Below, in pieces: positions 30,401 through 39,319 of a stretch of 64,000 bases of DNA. The notes beneath the pieces are model-generated. The model was not told the origin of the DNA. It ran no database searches and saw only the letters and a program-made list of their open reading frames with translations. The DNA is from an uncultured Christensenella sp. Lineage in GTDB: Bacteria; Bacillota; Clostridia; Christensenellales; UBA3700. The stretch covers positions 17,989-81,988 of the forward strand of contig CAJTYW010000006.1 in the NCBI GenBank assembly GCA_910583995.1, read 5' to 3'. A program made the translations under genes and the position numbers. Each line of letters opens with the position of its first letter. The stretch's first letter is position 1.

Positions 30401-30632
30401 CTTTATTGCTAATAGTTCCACGCATATATGTTTCAACAGTTCTTGTGCCTTTGTCACGCGCGGATTGGTTGAACTTAATTTTCCCGCCACTAATAATAAA
30501 ACAGATAGCATCAATCAAAGTTGATTTTCCTGAGCCAGTACGACCTGTAATCAAAACATTTTTATTAATTTCAACTGTTTCATTAAAATATCCATGCCAA
30601 TTTATAAGTTTAATCTTCTTTAATACCTTCAT
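27423..30632 (-). CDS. jetC: Wadjet JetC (SMC-like ATPase)
   Basis: 1069 aa with Walker A GRTGSGKSTLIDAI, a long coiled-coil middle, the signature-like GGKSGGENQ and Walker B LVFLDEAFDKMD. Confidence 0.85.
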   Translation of the reverse strand: MKVLKKIKLINWHGYFNETVEINKNVLITGRTGSGKSTLIDAICFIISGGKIKFNQSARDKGTRTVETYMRGTISNKDCLRPDTNIISHIQLEFFDEYTLKPFLLGCVFELYENDPKASQHFYCIDQQNMENGLFFDENTNSIKNYKQLDKFCTDRKMDIRKFTGKLSEIRNSIGIKLGLENDKYLELLPKAIAFKADYSLDQLIFDFLLPEKNINLDSIRDTIREYRHYVTNIKDSKKKLAILKKVNDNANEYYKCQDIVRKLQVLECQKTIEKRKIEQEKYTREFYRLKTEVESKKKEEEYLEKRIDEIKDILFQMNSDVQMTEYKYLADKIKENEEKLKTIKESIRQYQKDIDNELELAKLLEIKLAYIRFDNGDDFNKFQPKLQEYSKALEQKFDELGIEKNNLNNLKVAVEEDLDELMKKQRALEQGAPVFKPSVTNLIEVISQEIYKKTGVKITPIPFCNLLEIKQGEEEWRNAIEGYLNTKRFDIFVPEEYYDIALNAYEKFKKEKKIYGVGLVNTKKIVDIVPDKNSLAQKLQPSDNRAAKYANYLLGRVICVANENELKNYESAITKTVMVYKNKAARQTKSAVWETPYIGSQSILIQLEQVKAEIKNKNLLRSEYSEQLFQIQAKINLKSKSNCQRLLMNSNHWQEYDDTSLICEKLIDDFNALDTHDLAEKIEKKEDYEKELKECFDSKKSYSKLIEDIQKKQNTAELRSKDIGEKIVEEEQKYANLIKDDSIMIGFDSFAQQYAKVGDIKSEIKSLENKMNNNEKNVLSAMQEYKTLYNFEQMVCIENINGYLQEYNKICSYDLPKYENKAIEVLSQAKNDFQEKYIISIRKNILQERKNIEQLNKVLKLQPFGETEERYKIIVEKSKIKEFAPYYDIFISDENYECKSLLDEGLSAKNKELLDDLFTDLTRDDNSEKEEKMLRKFTDYRNFLSYDIEITDKNGNRFSYNDVVGGKSGGENQNPFYVIIAAAFNQISSYENRGRTKSSACLVFLDEAFDKMDAPRVKSMIEYFNRLQIQVMIAVPDTKAKDIFLSIDTKIVVVKDNNVMKIRAQVKE

Positions 30633-31236
30633 CTATATCCTCTTCTTTCTTAGTGCTATTAGAAAATTCGTTTATCATTTGTTGCAATTCGCTCAAACTA
30701 TTCTCTATCACAAGCAATATTGTAGGCAATATCTCAATTGTCATTTCCATGCTGAATTTATCAAAATAATCTACAATTTTGTATTTTTTTAAATTTCTCA
30801 AAGAATCCTCATAATTTTTGTCATATCTTTTTTCCGCATCAAAAATTTGAGTACTTTTCATTTCAAAATCTACTTCTTCCAAAGTTGTATAAATCTTGTC
30901 AATATTTGAAGTTGTTTTACTTTGTTTGTAATATAATAATCTCAATACTAAAATCAACACAGTATCAAATTTTTTAAATTTTACTTTATTTCTGTCCACA
31001 ATTGATATCAATCTAATCACGCCTAAGCTTTCATCTTTCACACATTCGTATTCTATGTACTTCAAATAATCATTGATTAATTTAAAATTTTCTATAACAA
31101 AGTAGTAATCATTTTTGTCTGTTTCTTTAGATTTGACCAAAAATGTTTCATTAAGCAATTTGTTGCATACCCTTGAAAATGTATTTTTATCAGTGGTATT
31201 AAATTGTCCATACTCATAAATAAAATTATTTCCCAT
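30610..31236 (-). CDS. jetB: Wadjet JetB (DUF4194, kleisin-associated KITE-like subunit)
   Basis: 208 aa. AAGGAG SD lies inside the end of jetA. It overlaps jetA by 11 nt and jetC by 23 nt. Size and position fit JetB. Confidence 0.75.
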   Translation of the reverse strand: MGNNFIYEYGQFNTTDKNTFSRVCNKLLNETFLVKSKETDKNDYYFVIENFKLINDYLKYIEYECVKDESLGVIRLISIVDRNKVKFKKFDTVLILVLRLLYYKQSKTTSNIDKIYTTLEEVDFEMKSTQIFDAEKRYDKNYEDSLRNLKKYKIVDYFDKFSMEMTIEILPTILLVIENSLSELQQMINEFSNSTKKEEDIDEGIKED

Positions 31237-32653
31237 AATAATTTTTCTCCTTTGCTATTTCGAAATCTTTTATTCTATAACCATTTTTGCTAATATATTC
31301 TTCTTTATAATCAATAGAATAACTTGCTTCTTTGTCATTGCCATATAATTCCACTAAAAACAATTTAAACAACTCATTATCGTCAGCAATAGGAATATCA
31401 CACAACTTTAATATTTCTTTGCCTTTCAACAACTCATCCACATAACTATTTATCTTGTATATTGAATATTCGTCTTCCTTAAACAATTCTTTAAAGCACT
31501 CTTCCATTCTTTTTTCATCATACTCTGGAACACTATTCGTATAAGATTCTATATGAGTTTTTCTTTTTCGAGGAGTATACAATGAATTATTTGAAACTAT
31601 ATCCTGCTTATATAATGCAATTTCAAATTCTTTATCATCTTCAATATCCTTAAAATTCCTTAATATTGATACAATTTCACCCTCTATATCTTTGGTATTA
31701 TTCATTATGAATTCCATCTTTTTTCTGGCTGACTTCAAATATTTGTTATTTTTCTTATCAATCTCATCCAGAATATTAGATATATTTTCATATTGATGTT
31801 TAACATAATTGATTTTTTTATAGATTTCCGATTCTGCAAATAAAAGCAAATCATCTGTTTTTTCTTTTCCAGAATATTTCACTTTCATATAATTATCAAT
31901 CAATTTTGGGATATTATTGTAATCTTTCAATCTATCCAAATAATTTATTATATCCGTTGAATAGCGATATGGATTGTCAACAGTATTAATATTCCTAAAT
32001 GCCCTCATAACAACTTGGTCGTTGTATTTATACAAAACATTATCCATGATCTCATCAGGAGTCATCTTTTTGTTTTTCAAAAGTTCATCTATGTATTTTT
32101 TTATTGTAGAGTTTAGAGTACGCAAACTACTCATCAAATCTATAGTCGCTTTATGAACTTGCTCTAATGTTCCTATACCTTCTGCATAATCAAAATCCTT
32201 CAGCAATTTATATGTTGTAGCAACAAATCCCGTATACTCTAATCTTGAGATTTCCTGCGCTTCTAACTCTTGCATTGCTTTCAAAATAACACTGGCGCCA
32301 TCATTCAAAGAATACAATTGTTTAAAATTTTCTGTCTCCACATCTAACCAATTGCACCTAACAAACAACCGAATTTTTGCATTTGTTTTGTCTGCATCAC
32401 TTTTTTCTGTAATATCTAGGTCATCCTCATCAACAATTTCAGCATGTTGCCTTACTTCCCAAAATTCATTTATACAATTAACTAAAATTTCTCTTTCAAT
32501 AGAAATAACAGTCTCATCGTTGTTAAAAAGCTCATAAATTCTAACAAGCAATGCATAATTAATTTCCCTATCTTTGCTTGCAAAAACTTTGAAAAAATTT
32601 TGTCCTACAATATCAAATATCAATTTTCCCCTCCGGATATTATTTAAATACAT
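31226..32653 (-). CDS. jetA: Wadjet JetA (DUF3375, kleisin-like subunit)
   Basis: 475 aa, first gene of the jetABCD order. ATG 32653 has no SD. An in-frame TTG at 32623 is preceded by GGAGGGG with a 4-6-nt spacer, depending on which G residues are counted as the core, and may be the true start. Confidence 0.75.
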   Translation of the reverse strand: MYLNNIRRGKLIFDIVGQNFFKVFASKDREINYALLVRIYELFNNDETVISIEREILVNCINEFWEVRQHAEIVDEDDLDITEKSDADKTNAKIRLFVRCNWLDVETENFKQLYSLNDGASVILKAMQELEAQEISRLEYTGFVATTYKLLKDFDYAEGIGTLEQVHKATIDLMSSLRTLNSTIKKYIDELLKNKKMTPDEIMDNVLYKYNDQVVMRAFRNINTVDNPYRYSTDIINYLDRLKDYNNIPKLIDNYMKVKYSGKEKTDDLLLFAESEIYKKINYVKHQYENISNILDEIDKKNNKYLKSARKKMEFIMNNTKDIEGEIVSILRNFKDIEDDKEFEIALYKQDIVSNNSLYTPRKRKTHIESYTNSVPEYDEKRMEECFKELFKEDEYSIYKINSYVDELLKGKEILKLCDIPIADDNELFKLFLVELYGNDKEASYSIDYKEEYISKNGYRIKDFEIAKEKNYYGK

Positions 32654-32683
32654 TTTATTAGTTAATTAGAAGTTCTAAACCAT

Positions 32684-35600
32684 TTAATCAATTTCTTTCA
32701 TTTTGTTTAGCAAGTTTTCGTAAGTGTCAACAACTTCATACCTAACATTTTCTGCAAGTCTTAAATCATTAAACAACTTTCTTACACACTCGGTTTTTGC
32801 TTTTTCAATTCCTCTAAGTTCCAATGATTCCATACTGCCTTTTGTTTCTGCAACAAAATAAATATGTTTTATTCCCATATTGTCATTAAATGCTATTGCC
32901 CAATCTGGTGCATAATCTCCAACTGGTGTCGGAATTTTGAATGTTCGTGGCAATTTTGCATACACGCAAACCTCATTTGCCGCATCCAAATCCTCGGCAA
33001 ACTTGCGTTCAACACTCTTTTCTGCTGAACCATCTGTTGATACATAATCTTGAATTGCTTTCTCAGCCTTGAACGCCTTGTTAAAGTCAATTTTTGCTTG
33101 ATTTACTGTAAATATATCATTATCATACTTGCCGTCAGTAATATTATAAGTAATATGGTCAACAATCATAGTTGCTTTTTGCTCGTTAATTAGCTTTATA
33201 ACTTTAGATATAAATTCTTCTGGATTAACCTTAAATCTGCCAAACACATCGGCTCTTATGCCTTGCAAAATTCTTACTATTGATTTTCTTATAAGGTTAG
33301 TTCCATCTTTAATCTTGCCAACAAGGTCATACTTTGCGTTATTGCTAGCAGCATTTTTAACAGCCTTCGTACTTGTCTTTGATACACCAAATGATGCACC
33401 TTGATTAACTTGCAGTTCATCCATAGTTTTTCGTTGTTCACCAACTGTTATTGTGTATTTCAATTCGGAAACAAACAACTTTTCATTTATGGTTATAATT
33501 GCTTTTTTAATAAGTTCTTCGCTATCAAAAGCAACTGTGTAAGCGTATTTATGATTGATTTGCTCCCACAATTTTTGAAATTCTTTTTTATAGAAATTAT
33601 CATTAAGTGGGTTTTCTTTGACTGCTGGCTTGCGTCCATCTGCAATGATGTCATCAAGCACTTTTTCATCAAATATGCCTTGCACTAATTTGTGTATACT
33701 TTCATTATATGGAGCTAAAATCTCTGGCATTTCTTTAAAAGTATTATTTGCCTTATCTTCAAAATATTTATCGGTCAAATGGTTCTCTTTATTTAAATAA
33801 CCACTAAATCTCAAATAACTTTGAATATCACTTGCCATATCCTTATCCACAACAATTTGACTTGTGCCATCGCTAACAACTTTATCCATAAAATATTCAA
33901 TAGTTGCTTTTGTTGGTCTATCGGCAAGATTTGCTTTGATGTCTTTTTGAATATCTGCAACGAAGTCCTTATAACTATCAGTTGCTACAACTGTTAGTTT
34001 ATTGACATTTAAAAAAGTTGTTCTATCTTTGCAATAGTGCAAATCTACTCTGTCACCAAGCATATTTACAGCAATTCTAAGTCCACGACCAACTTCTTGC
34101 CTTTTTGCGACAGCTGAATCGCCGCCTGGCTTTAATGCACAGATTTGAAATACATTTGGGTTATCCCAGCCTTCCCTAAGTGCAGAGTGTGAGAAAATGA
34201 ATCTTGTAGGTTCATCAAAAGATAGCAACCTTTCTTTATTCTTCAAAATAAGGTCGTAAGCTGAAATATCTTCTGAGCCTTCGCCCTTTTTCTCGTTTGA
34301 GTCAATCATTCTGCCTGTTTTCTTATCTATTGAAAAATATCCCTTATGAGTGTCTTTAGTATCGATTTTTGAAAGGTATTTTGTATATGGAGTTTCAATT
34401 ACACTTAATTTTTCATTAAGTGCATTTGTATATTCTTCCTCAAATATTCTGGCATATTCGCCTTTTTCATCGGGCTGAGAATAATCTCTATAATTAGCAA
34501 CCTCATCAATGAAGAACAAGGACAAACATTTAATGCCTTTGTTATACAGCATTTCTTCTTTCTCAAAATGCGATACAATAGTTTCTCTTATTTGTATTCT
34601 TCTTATATCTTTATCTGATATATCTCCTACTACTTCACCCACATGAATAACTTCGCCATTTAGGAATGTTACAGTGTTTGTAAATGGGTTAATATCTGAA
34701 ATGGTATAACCATTTTTATATTGCTCCATTTCATGAGATACATAATATAAGTTTTTCTCAACCTCAAGAATTCTGGTTTCACGATTAATAGATTTGTTAT
34801 AACTGACTTCAATCTCCAGTTTTGCCATTGGTGGTTTTTTAGGCGATAACACAATTTCTTGCAGATACATATATCCATTTGTGCCACGCAAATTTTTAAT
34901 TTCAAAACCTTTTACTTGAATTTTCTTTACTAAACTTTTATTATAAGCATCAAGTGCATCCAAACAATAAACAAGGTTATGTTGCTTTTTGTGCGTTGCA
35001 GAAAAATTCATATTAAGAAGTGGGTTAAACTTTTTAAGCGATGTTTGAGTTGCTTCACCACCAAGTTTTTGTGGCTCGTCTATTATAAGTATAGGTCTTG
35101 TTTTTGCAACAACATCAATAGGCTTTCTTGATTGAAATTCATCAAGCACCATATCAATTCTTCTTGCATCCTTACCGCGTGCATTAAAGGCTTGGCTATT
35201 TATTATCATAACTTGGATTTTGTTTGAACTAGCAAAACTATCCAACTCGCTCAGTCTTTTACTATTGTAAATAAAGTAATTGGCTTTTTTACCATATTGC
35301 TCCATAAAATGGTCTTCCATCATAGAAAAAGACTTTTTTACACCTTCACGAATAGCAATGCTTGGCACAACTATAATAAACTTGCTCCAACCATACAATT
35401 TATTTAATTCGAAAATAGTTTTTATGTAAACATAAGTTTTGCCTGTTCCGGTTTCCATCTCAATGTCAAGGGAGCATTTGCCTAGTCCACCAACAAGTTT
35501 ATCCGACACTTTGTAGTTATTTGTTTTTTGAATGTCTTGAATATTATTTAAAATTTCACTTTCATCTAGCAATATTTTAGCGTTTTCAAAACCATCATCA

Positions 35601-35773
35601 TTTTCTTCATAGGCATCAAACATGCTAATCTGTTGATTACCATCTGACTTTTTCTTTATGCCTAAATCTCTTGTATATCTCACCATATCGCAGTAGGGTT
35701 GTCCTGCAAATACTTTGCAAATATTAAATACTGCATCTTGTTGATATGGTTGTGTTTTAAATTTGAATTTCAT
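32684..35773 (-). CDS. res: type III restriction enzyme Res subunit (SF2 helicase + C-terminal PD-(D/E)xK nuclease)
   Basis: 1029 aa with motif I METGTGKTYVYI and motif II LIIDEPQKLGG. The C-terminal nuclease context is DYAPDWAIAF...IYFVAETKGS. The N-terminus KFKTQPYQQDAV is typical of Res. Confidence 0.85.
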   Translation of the reverse strand: MKFKFKTQPYQQDAVFNICKVFAGQPYCDMVRYTRDLGIKKKSDGNQQISMFDAYEENDDGFENAKILLDESEILNNIQDIQKTNNYKVSDKLVGGLGKCSLDIEMETGTGKTYVYIKTIFELNKLYGWSKFIIVVPSIAIREGVKKSFSMMEDHFMEQYGKKANYFIYNSKRLSELDSFASSNKIQVMIINSQAFNARGKDARRIDMVLDEFQSRKPIDVVAKTRPILIIDEPQKLGGEATQTSLKKFNPLLNMNFSATHKKQHNLVYCLDALDAYNKSLVKKIQVKGFEIKNLRGTNGYMYLQEIVLSPKKPPMAKLEIEVSYNKSINRETRILEVEKNLYYVSHEMEQYKNGYTISDINPFTNTVTFLNGEVIHVGEVVGDISDKDIRRIQIRETIVSHFEKEEMLYNKGIKCLSLFFIDEVANYRDYSQPDEKGEYARIFEEEYTNALNEKLSVIETPYTKYLSKIDTKDTHKGYFSIDKKTGRMIDSNEKKGEGSEDISAYDLILKNKERLLSFDEPTRFIFSHSALREGWDNPNVFQICALKPGGDSAVAKRQEVGRGLRIAVNMLGDRVDLHYCKDRTTFLNVNKLTVVATDSYKDFVADIQKDIKANLADRPTKATIEYFMDKVVSDGTSQIVVDKDMASDIQSYLRFSGYLNKENHLTDKYFEDKANNTFKEMPEILAPYNESIHKLVQGIFDEKVLDDIIADGRKPAVKENPLNDNFYKKEFQKLWEQINHKYAYTVAFDSEELIKKAIITINEKLFVSELKYTITVGEQRKTMDELQVNQGASFGVSKTSTKAVKNAASNNAKYDLVGKIKDGTNLIRKSIVRILQGIRADVFGRFKVNPEEFISKVIKLINEQKATMIVDHITYNITDGKYDNDIFTVNQAKIDFNKAFKAEKAIQDYVSTDGSAEKSVERKFAEDLDAANEVCVYAKLPRTFKIPTPVGDYAPDWAIAFNDNMGIKHIYFVAETKGSMESLELRGIEKAKTECVRKLFNDLRLAENVRYEVVDTYENLLNKMKEID

Positions 35774-35791
35774 ATCCGTATCCTTTTTTAT

Positions 35792-36499
35792 TTAAATTCC
35801 CACCAATTCTTGCGATTCATCTATCATAGGTTCTCGAAATTTTCTTAAAATAAATTCTTTAGAATCTTTTTTAGCTTGAAACTCAAAATTTTGTTGATAT
35901 CGTAAACCATCTTTATCATAACATATTGTTATGCTGATTGTTCCTATGCCTTCCATCAAGTCCTTATGATTTATAATTACTGCCTTGTCAACATCTAGCA
36001 AACCACAAATATCAATTTGTTTATTAATCTCAAAATTAGTTTTATCTGTATCAACTTTAAGTTCTTTTATAGCTAAATTAGTTATGGTAGGATTATGCCT
36101 AAATCTCAAATACAAACCCTGATACTTATTGCAATTATCCGTTAATTCAATTATATCATTTGTTCGCAAAAAGTCTTGTTCGCAAGGTTTTAATACATTA
36201 AAACTATCAATCCCATTTTCTTCTTTAACAATTTTATGTGGAATTAAATGTCTCCATCTCATTTTCAATATAAAAATCTTATTATAGTCTTCTTCTGTAT
36301 AGACTTCTGAAAAATGATTAGCGATATTGTTTGTTATAGTATTTTGTGTTCCAAAATTGTTATTATTTCCCTTAACAACTTGTTTTGAGTGTTTTGAATT
36401 ATTAATTTTTGTTGTGTTATCAGTATTAATTGAATTATCTGTGTTGGTTGACTTGTCTACTTTTGTTAAAACATTTCTAAATTTCTGAAAAAATCCCAT
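35792..36499 (-). CDS. hypothetical protein inserted between mod and res
   Basis: 235 aa. Its ATG shares the A of the mod stop (TAATG at 36501-36497). It has an Asn/Thr-rich low-complexity N-terminus and then a ~170-aa globular part. No motif was recognised. Confidence 0.6.
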   Translation of the reverse strand: MGFFQKFRNVLTKVDKSTNTDNSINTDNTTKINNSKHSKQVVKGNNNNFGTQNTITNNIANHFSEVYTEEDYNKIFILKMRWRHLIPHKIVKEENGIDSFNVLKPCEQDFLRTNDIIELTDNCNKYQGLYLRFRHNPTITNLAIKELKVDTDKTNFEINKQIDICGLLDVDKAVIINHKDLMEGIGTISITICYDKDGLRYQQNFEFQAKKDSKEFILRKFREPMIDESQELVGI

Positions 36500-38541
36500 T
36501 AAATAACTCTCCTTTTGGTGGTTGGTGAGTAGGTTTCAAAAATTTGCTCAAAGTTGACGCTGACACTGTCAGTAGCGATTGAACTATCTCTGAATACTGC
36601 ATAAAGCGGTTTCATTTTTGCAATTTCTTTTACTACATCATCTGTCAAATCATTATCAAAGCAGCAAATTAGGTTTGGCTGACTGTCATTATCGTATTCG
36701 CCAACTATAAAAACTTTTTTGTTATTAATAGTTTTCTCTTCGATTTTACTTGAAAGCAATACACCCATATCAAGCATAACTTGGAATAGTAAGTCTTCTG
36801 GTGTTCTATCTTCTTTAATATTATCTTCTAGTCCAGTAAGCAAATCTTGAGTTATATCTTCAGGATTATAGTAAATATCTTTCATACAACTGCTATCAAG
36901 TTTTAAAACACGAAAACCTATGTCAACTTGTCTTGATACATCACTCTTAGGTTGCGTTTTAATAAAATCAAATGCTACTTGCTCATTTCCTTGTAATGCT
37001 TCTAAAACCGAAATTTGCTCGGGCTTATCTATAACTGTTGTATGCTTTAATTCATTTTGTGTTTTTTGAATTTCATTACCTGCTCTGCGAATGCGTTCTT
37101 TTGCTATTTCACAAATATTTTTATACCCTGCTTTATATGCTTCAAATTTTTCATCACATTTTTCCGGTAATTGAACACAAATATACTTTCTTTTACCACC
37201 ATCTTCAGCATTTAATTGCATAACTGCATGTGCTGTAGTTGCTGAACCTGAAAAGAAATCCATAATTATATCTTCTTTGTGAGTAAATGATAATAAATAT
37301 TTAATAAATGAAACTGACTTAGGAAAATCAAAACACCCATCAAGATTTAGTTTTTTTATGTCTTCACTACCTTTCTTATTTTTTAAATACATTGACGAAA
37401 TTTTTTCATAAGTTTTCTTTTTTATTTGTGGATTAAATTTATCATTTTCAAAGTAAATTTCAATAATCTCGCCATTAATTTTAGCAGGGGTTGGTTGACA
37501 TTTATTATTGAAAAAATTCCGCATATCGTTTGAACTTCTCCATCTTGCTTTTAGCTTTACAGGAAATTTAAGTTTCCCTTGTTCTATAACAATTGGATCA
37601 AAGTTTTCAATATTTTCACTACTTCCTTCCACCTTTCTTGTTTCTTTGTATATTCCATCTGGTATATTTCTACATGATAAACCTGCTGGGAATTCGATTA
37701 TTGGCATTGTTTGGTCCGTATTTCCCACTGTCCCCCTAGAAACAGAAATTTTTTCAACAGTTGTTAAATTAAAGTTATTTATGTTTTTTACATAAACAAG
37801 AGAATATTCGTGTTTAAAAATTGTATAATTCTTTGCTATTTCACTTGTTCTATTAACACAAATATTTAGAAGAAAATTTTTATTTCCAAAAATTTCATCA
37901 CAAATTTTTTTCAGATTTTCTATTTCATGGTCATCTATAGAAATGAAAATCATTCCATCATTAGCAAGCAAATCTTTTGCCAACTTTAATCTTGAATACA
38001 TCATTGAAAGCCAGTCTGAGTGAAATCTTCCATTACTATCATTATTTGGGAATAATTTATTCCCTTGGTCATCATAGCTTTTACTTGCTTGCAAATATTC
38101 TTCTGCTGATGTTGCGAAATCATCTTCATAAACAAAGTCATTGCCAGTATTGTAAGGCGGGTCTATGTATATCATTTTTACTTTGTTCAAATATGTTTCA
38201 CGCAAAAGTTTTAGGACATCCAAATTGTCACCTTCAATATAAAGATTTTGAGTGTTGTCAAAGTCAACACTTTCCTCTTTGCAAGGACGAAGAGTAGCAT
38301 TTATAGGAGAATTTGCAGTAAGTATTGCTTGCTTTTTGCCAGGCCAGGTCATAGTGTATCTTTCATCATTGCCTTCAACAACAATATCGCTCAATTCCTG
38401 CTTTAGCAAATCAAAATCTACCATTTTAATCAATTTGCCATTGTTATCATATCCCTCAGTAACACAATTAGGGAATAATTCTGCAATCTTCCCAATATTC
38501 TCATTCACCAAATTTTCACTCTGCATTTTTAATTTTTCCAT
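36499..38541 (-). CDS. mod: type III Mod-like N6-adenine (beta-class) DNA methyltransferase
   Basis: 680 aa. Motif IV IYIDPPYNTGNDF precedes motif I DFFSGSATTAHAV (beta-class order), with a variable region between them. The N-terminus ...IAELFPNCVTE is typical of Mod-type enzymes. Confidence 0.85.
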   Translation of the reverse strand: MEKLKMQSENLVNENIGKIAELFPNCVTEGYDNNGKLIKMVDFDLLKQELSDIVVEGNDERYTMTWPGKKQAILTANSPINATLRPCKEESVDFDNTQNLYIEGDNLDVLKLLRETYLNKVKMIYIDPPYNTGNDFVYEDDFATSAEEYLQASKSYDDQGNKLFPNNDSNGRFHSDWLSMMYSRLKLAKDLLANDGMIFISIDDHEIENLKKICDEIFGNKNFLLNICVNRTSEIAKNYTIFKHEYSLVYVKNINNFNLTTVEKISVSRGTVGNTDQTMPIIEFPAGLSCRNIPDGIYKETRKVEGSSENIENFDPIVIEQGKLKFPVKLKARWRSSNDMRNFFNNKCQPTPAKINGEIIEIYFENDKFNPQIKKKTYEKISSMYLKNKKGSEDIKKLNLDGCFDFPKSVSFIKYLLSFTHKEDIIMDFFSGSATTAHAVMQLNAEDGGKRKYICVQLPEKCDEKFEAYKAGYKNICEIAKERIRRAGNEIQKTQNELKHTTVIDKPEQISVLEALQGNEQVAFDFIKTQPKSDVSRQVDIGFRVLKLDSSCMKDIYYNPEDITQDLLTGLEDNIKEDRTPEDLLFQVMLDMGVLLSSKIEEKTINNKKVFIVGEYDNDSQPNLICCFDNDLTDDVVKEIAKMKPLYAVFRDSSIATDSVSVNFEQIFETYSPTTKRRVI

Positions 38542-39233
38542 TATTTTTCTCCATTAATTATTTTCAATTTATTTAAGTATTTTTTTACTAAATCACATGC
38601 TTTCAAATTTATAGATACAATTTCTTCACTTCTTTTATAACATTGGTTCTCTTCATCATGATTCAGTGTTGCGCCATTAAACAAAACATATTTATAAAAA
38701 AAACATTGTTTATTACATATTTGATAGAATTCGATATAACGATTATATATGTCGTTATTTATAAAAGCTCTAGACTTCCCCAAAATACTAATAAAATTAT
38801 TACACGCATTAACATAGTCAGTAAATCTTTTATTTTTTAATTCTCCTTGCAACTTCAAATCCTTTGGAACATCATCATACATAGGGAACAACATTTTTGC
38901 TTGCATTTCAAGTTCAAATGCTTTTTCGGTAAGCTCTTGCAATAACATTATTTCTATATCAAATTGCTTTTCAGTAACATATATCATTCCAGTGTTAATG
39001 CTTCTATTTTTCTCCAAATCTATATCAAGTTCATTTTTATATTTTTCTATTTCTTTTTGATACTTAGTTTTAACTTCTTCAAATTGCTTATCATACTTTA
39101 ATTGCTGCTTTTTTAACATTTTTTCGGCTAATATATTTCCACCCCACTTTGTAATCGCTACTATTATAGCACCTGAGCTACCTACAGCACCAATTATTCC
39201 AGCGATCAATACTCCTATCTGTTCCCAAGTCAT
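38541..39233 (-). CDS. membrane-anchored coiled-coil protein, translationally coupled to mod
   Basis: 230 aa with an N-terminal TM helix (IGVLIAGIIGAVGSSGAIIVAI), a Lys/Glu coiled-coil segment and a Cys-containing C-terminal domain. Its stop overlaps the mod ATG (TAATG at 38543-38539). Confidence 0.6.
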   Translation of the reverse strand: MTWEQIGVLIAGIIGAVGSSGAIIVAITKWGGNILAEKMLKKQQLKYDKQFEEVKTKYQKEIEKYKNELDIDLEKNRSINTGMIYVTEKQFDIEIMLLQELTEKAFELEMQAKMLFPMYDDVPKDLKLQGELKNKRFTDYVNACNNFISILGKSRAFINNDIYNRYIEFYQICNKQCFFYKYVLFNGATLNHDEENQCYKRSEEIVSINLKACDLVKKYLNKLKIINGEK

Positions 39234-39242
39234 AAATTTATT

Positions 39243-39312
39243 TTATCTCTCCATTTTCTGCAAATCTTTTTTCATTTTGTTGCACTTTATCGTTTAACTC
39301 AAACTTTTTGTT
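39243..39312 (-). pseudogene. remnant of the 3' end of a second DUF4391 gene
   Basis: Hand alignment to 41430-41498 gives about 56 of 69 nt identical, with one 1-nt indel and a 19-nt exact core tgcaaatcttttttcattt. It encodes NKKFELNDKVQQ(frameshift)MKKDLQKMER*, versus NKKIELNDRVRQMKKDLQMLEN* in the intact gene. Confidence 0.7.
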
Positions 39313-39319
39313 CTTCCCG

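Noticed and set aside
36499-38541. Phase-variable simple sequence repeat in the type III mod gene (phasevarion).
   Set aside because: Only A/T homopolymers of up to 7 nt were seen, which are common throughout this AT-rich sequence. No tetra- or pentanucleotide repeat tract is present.
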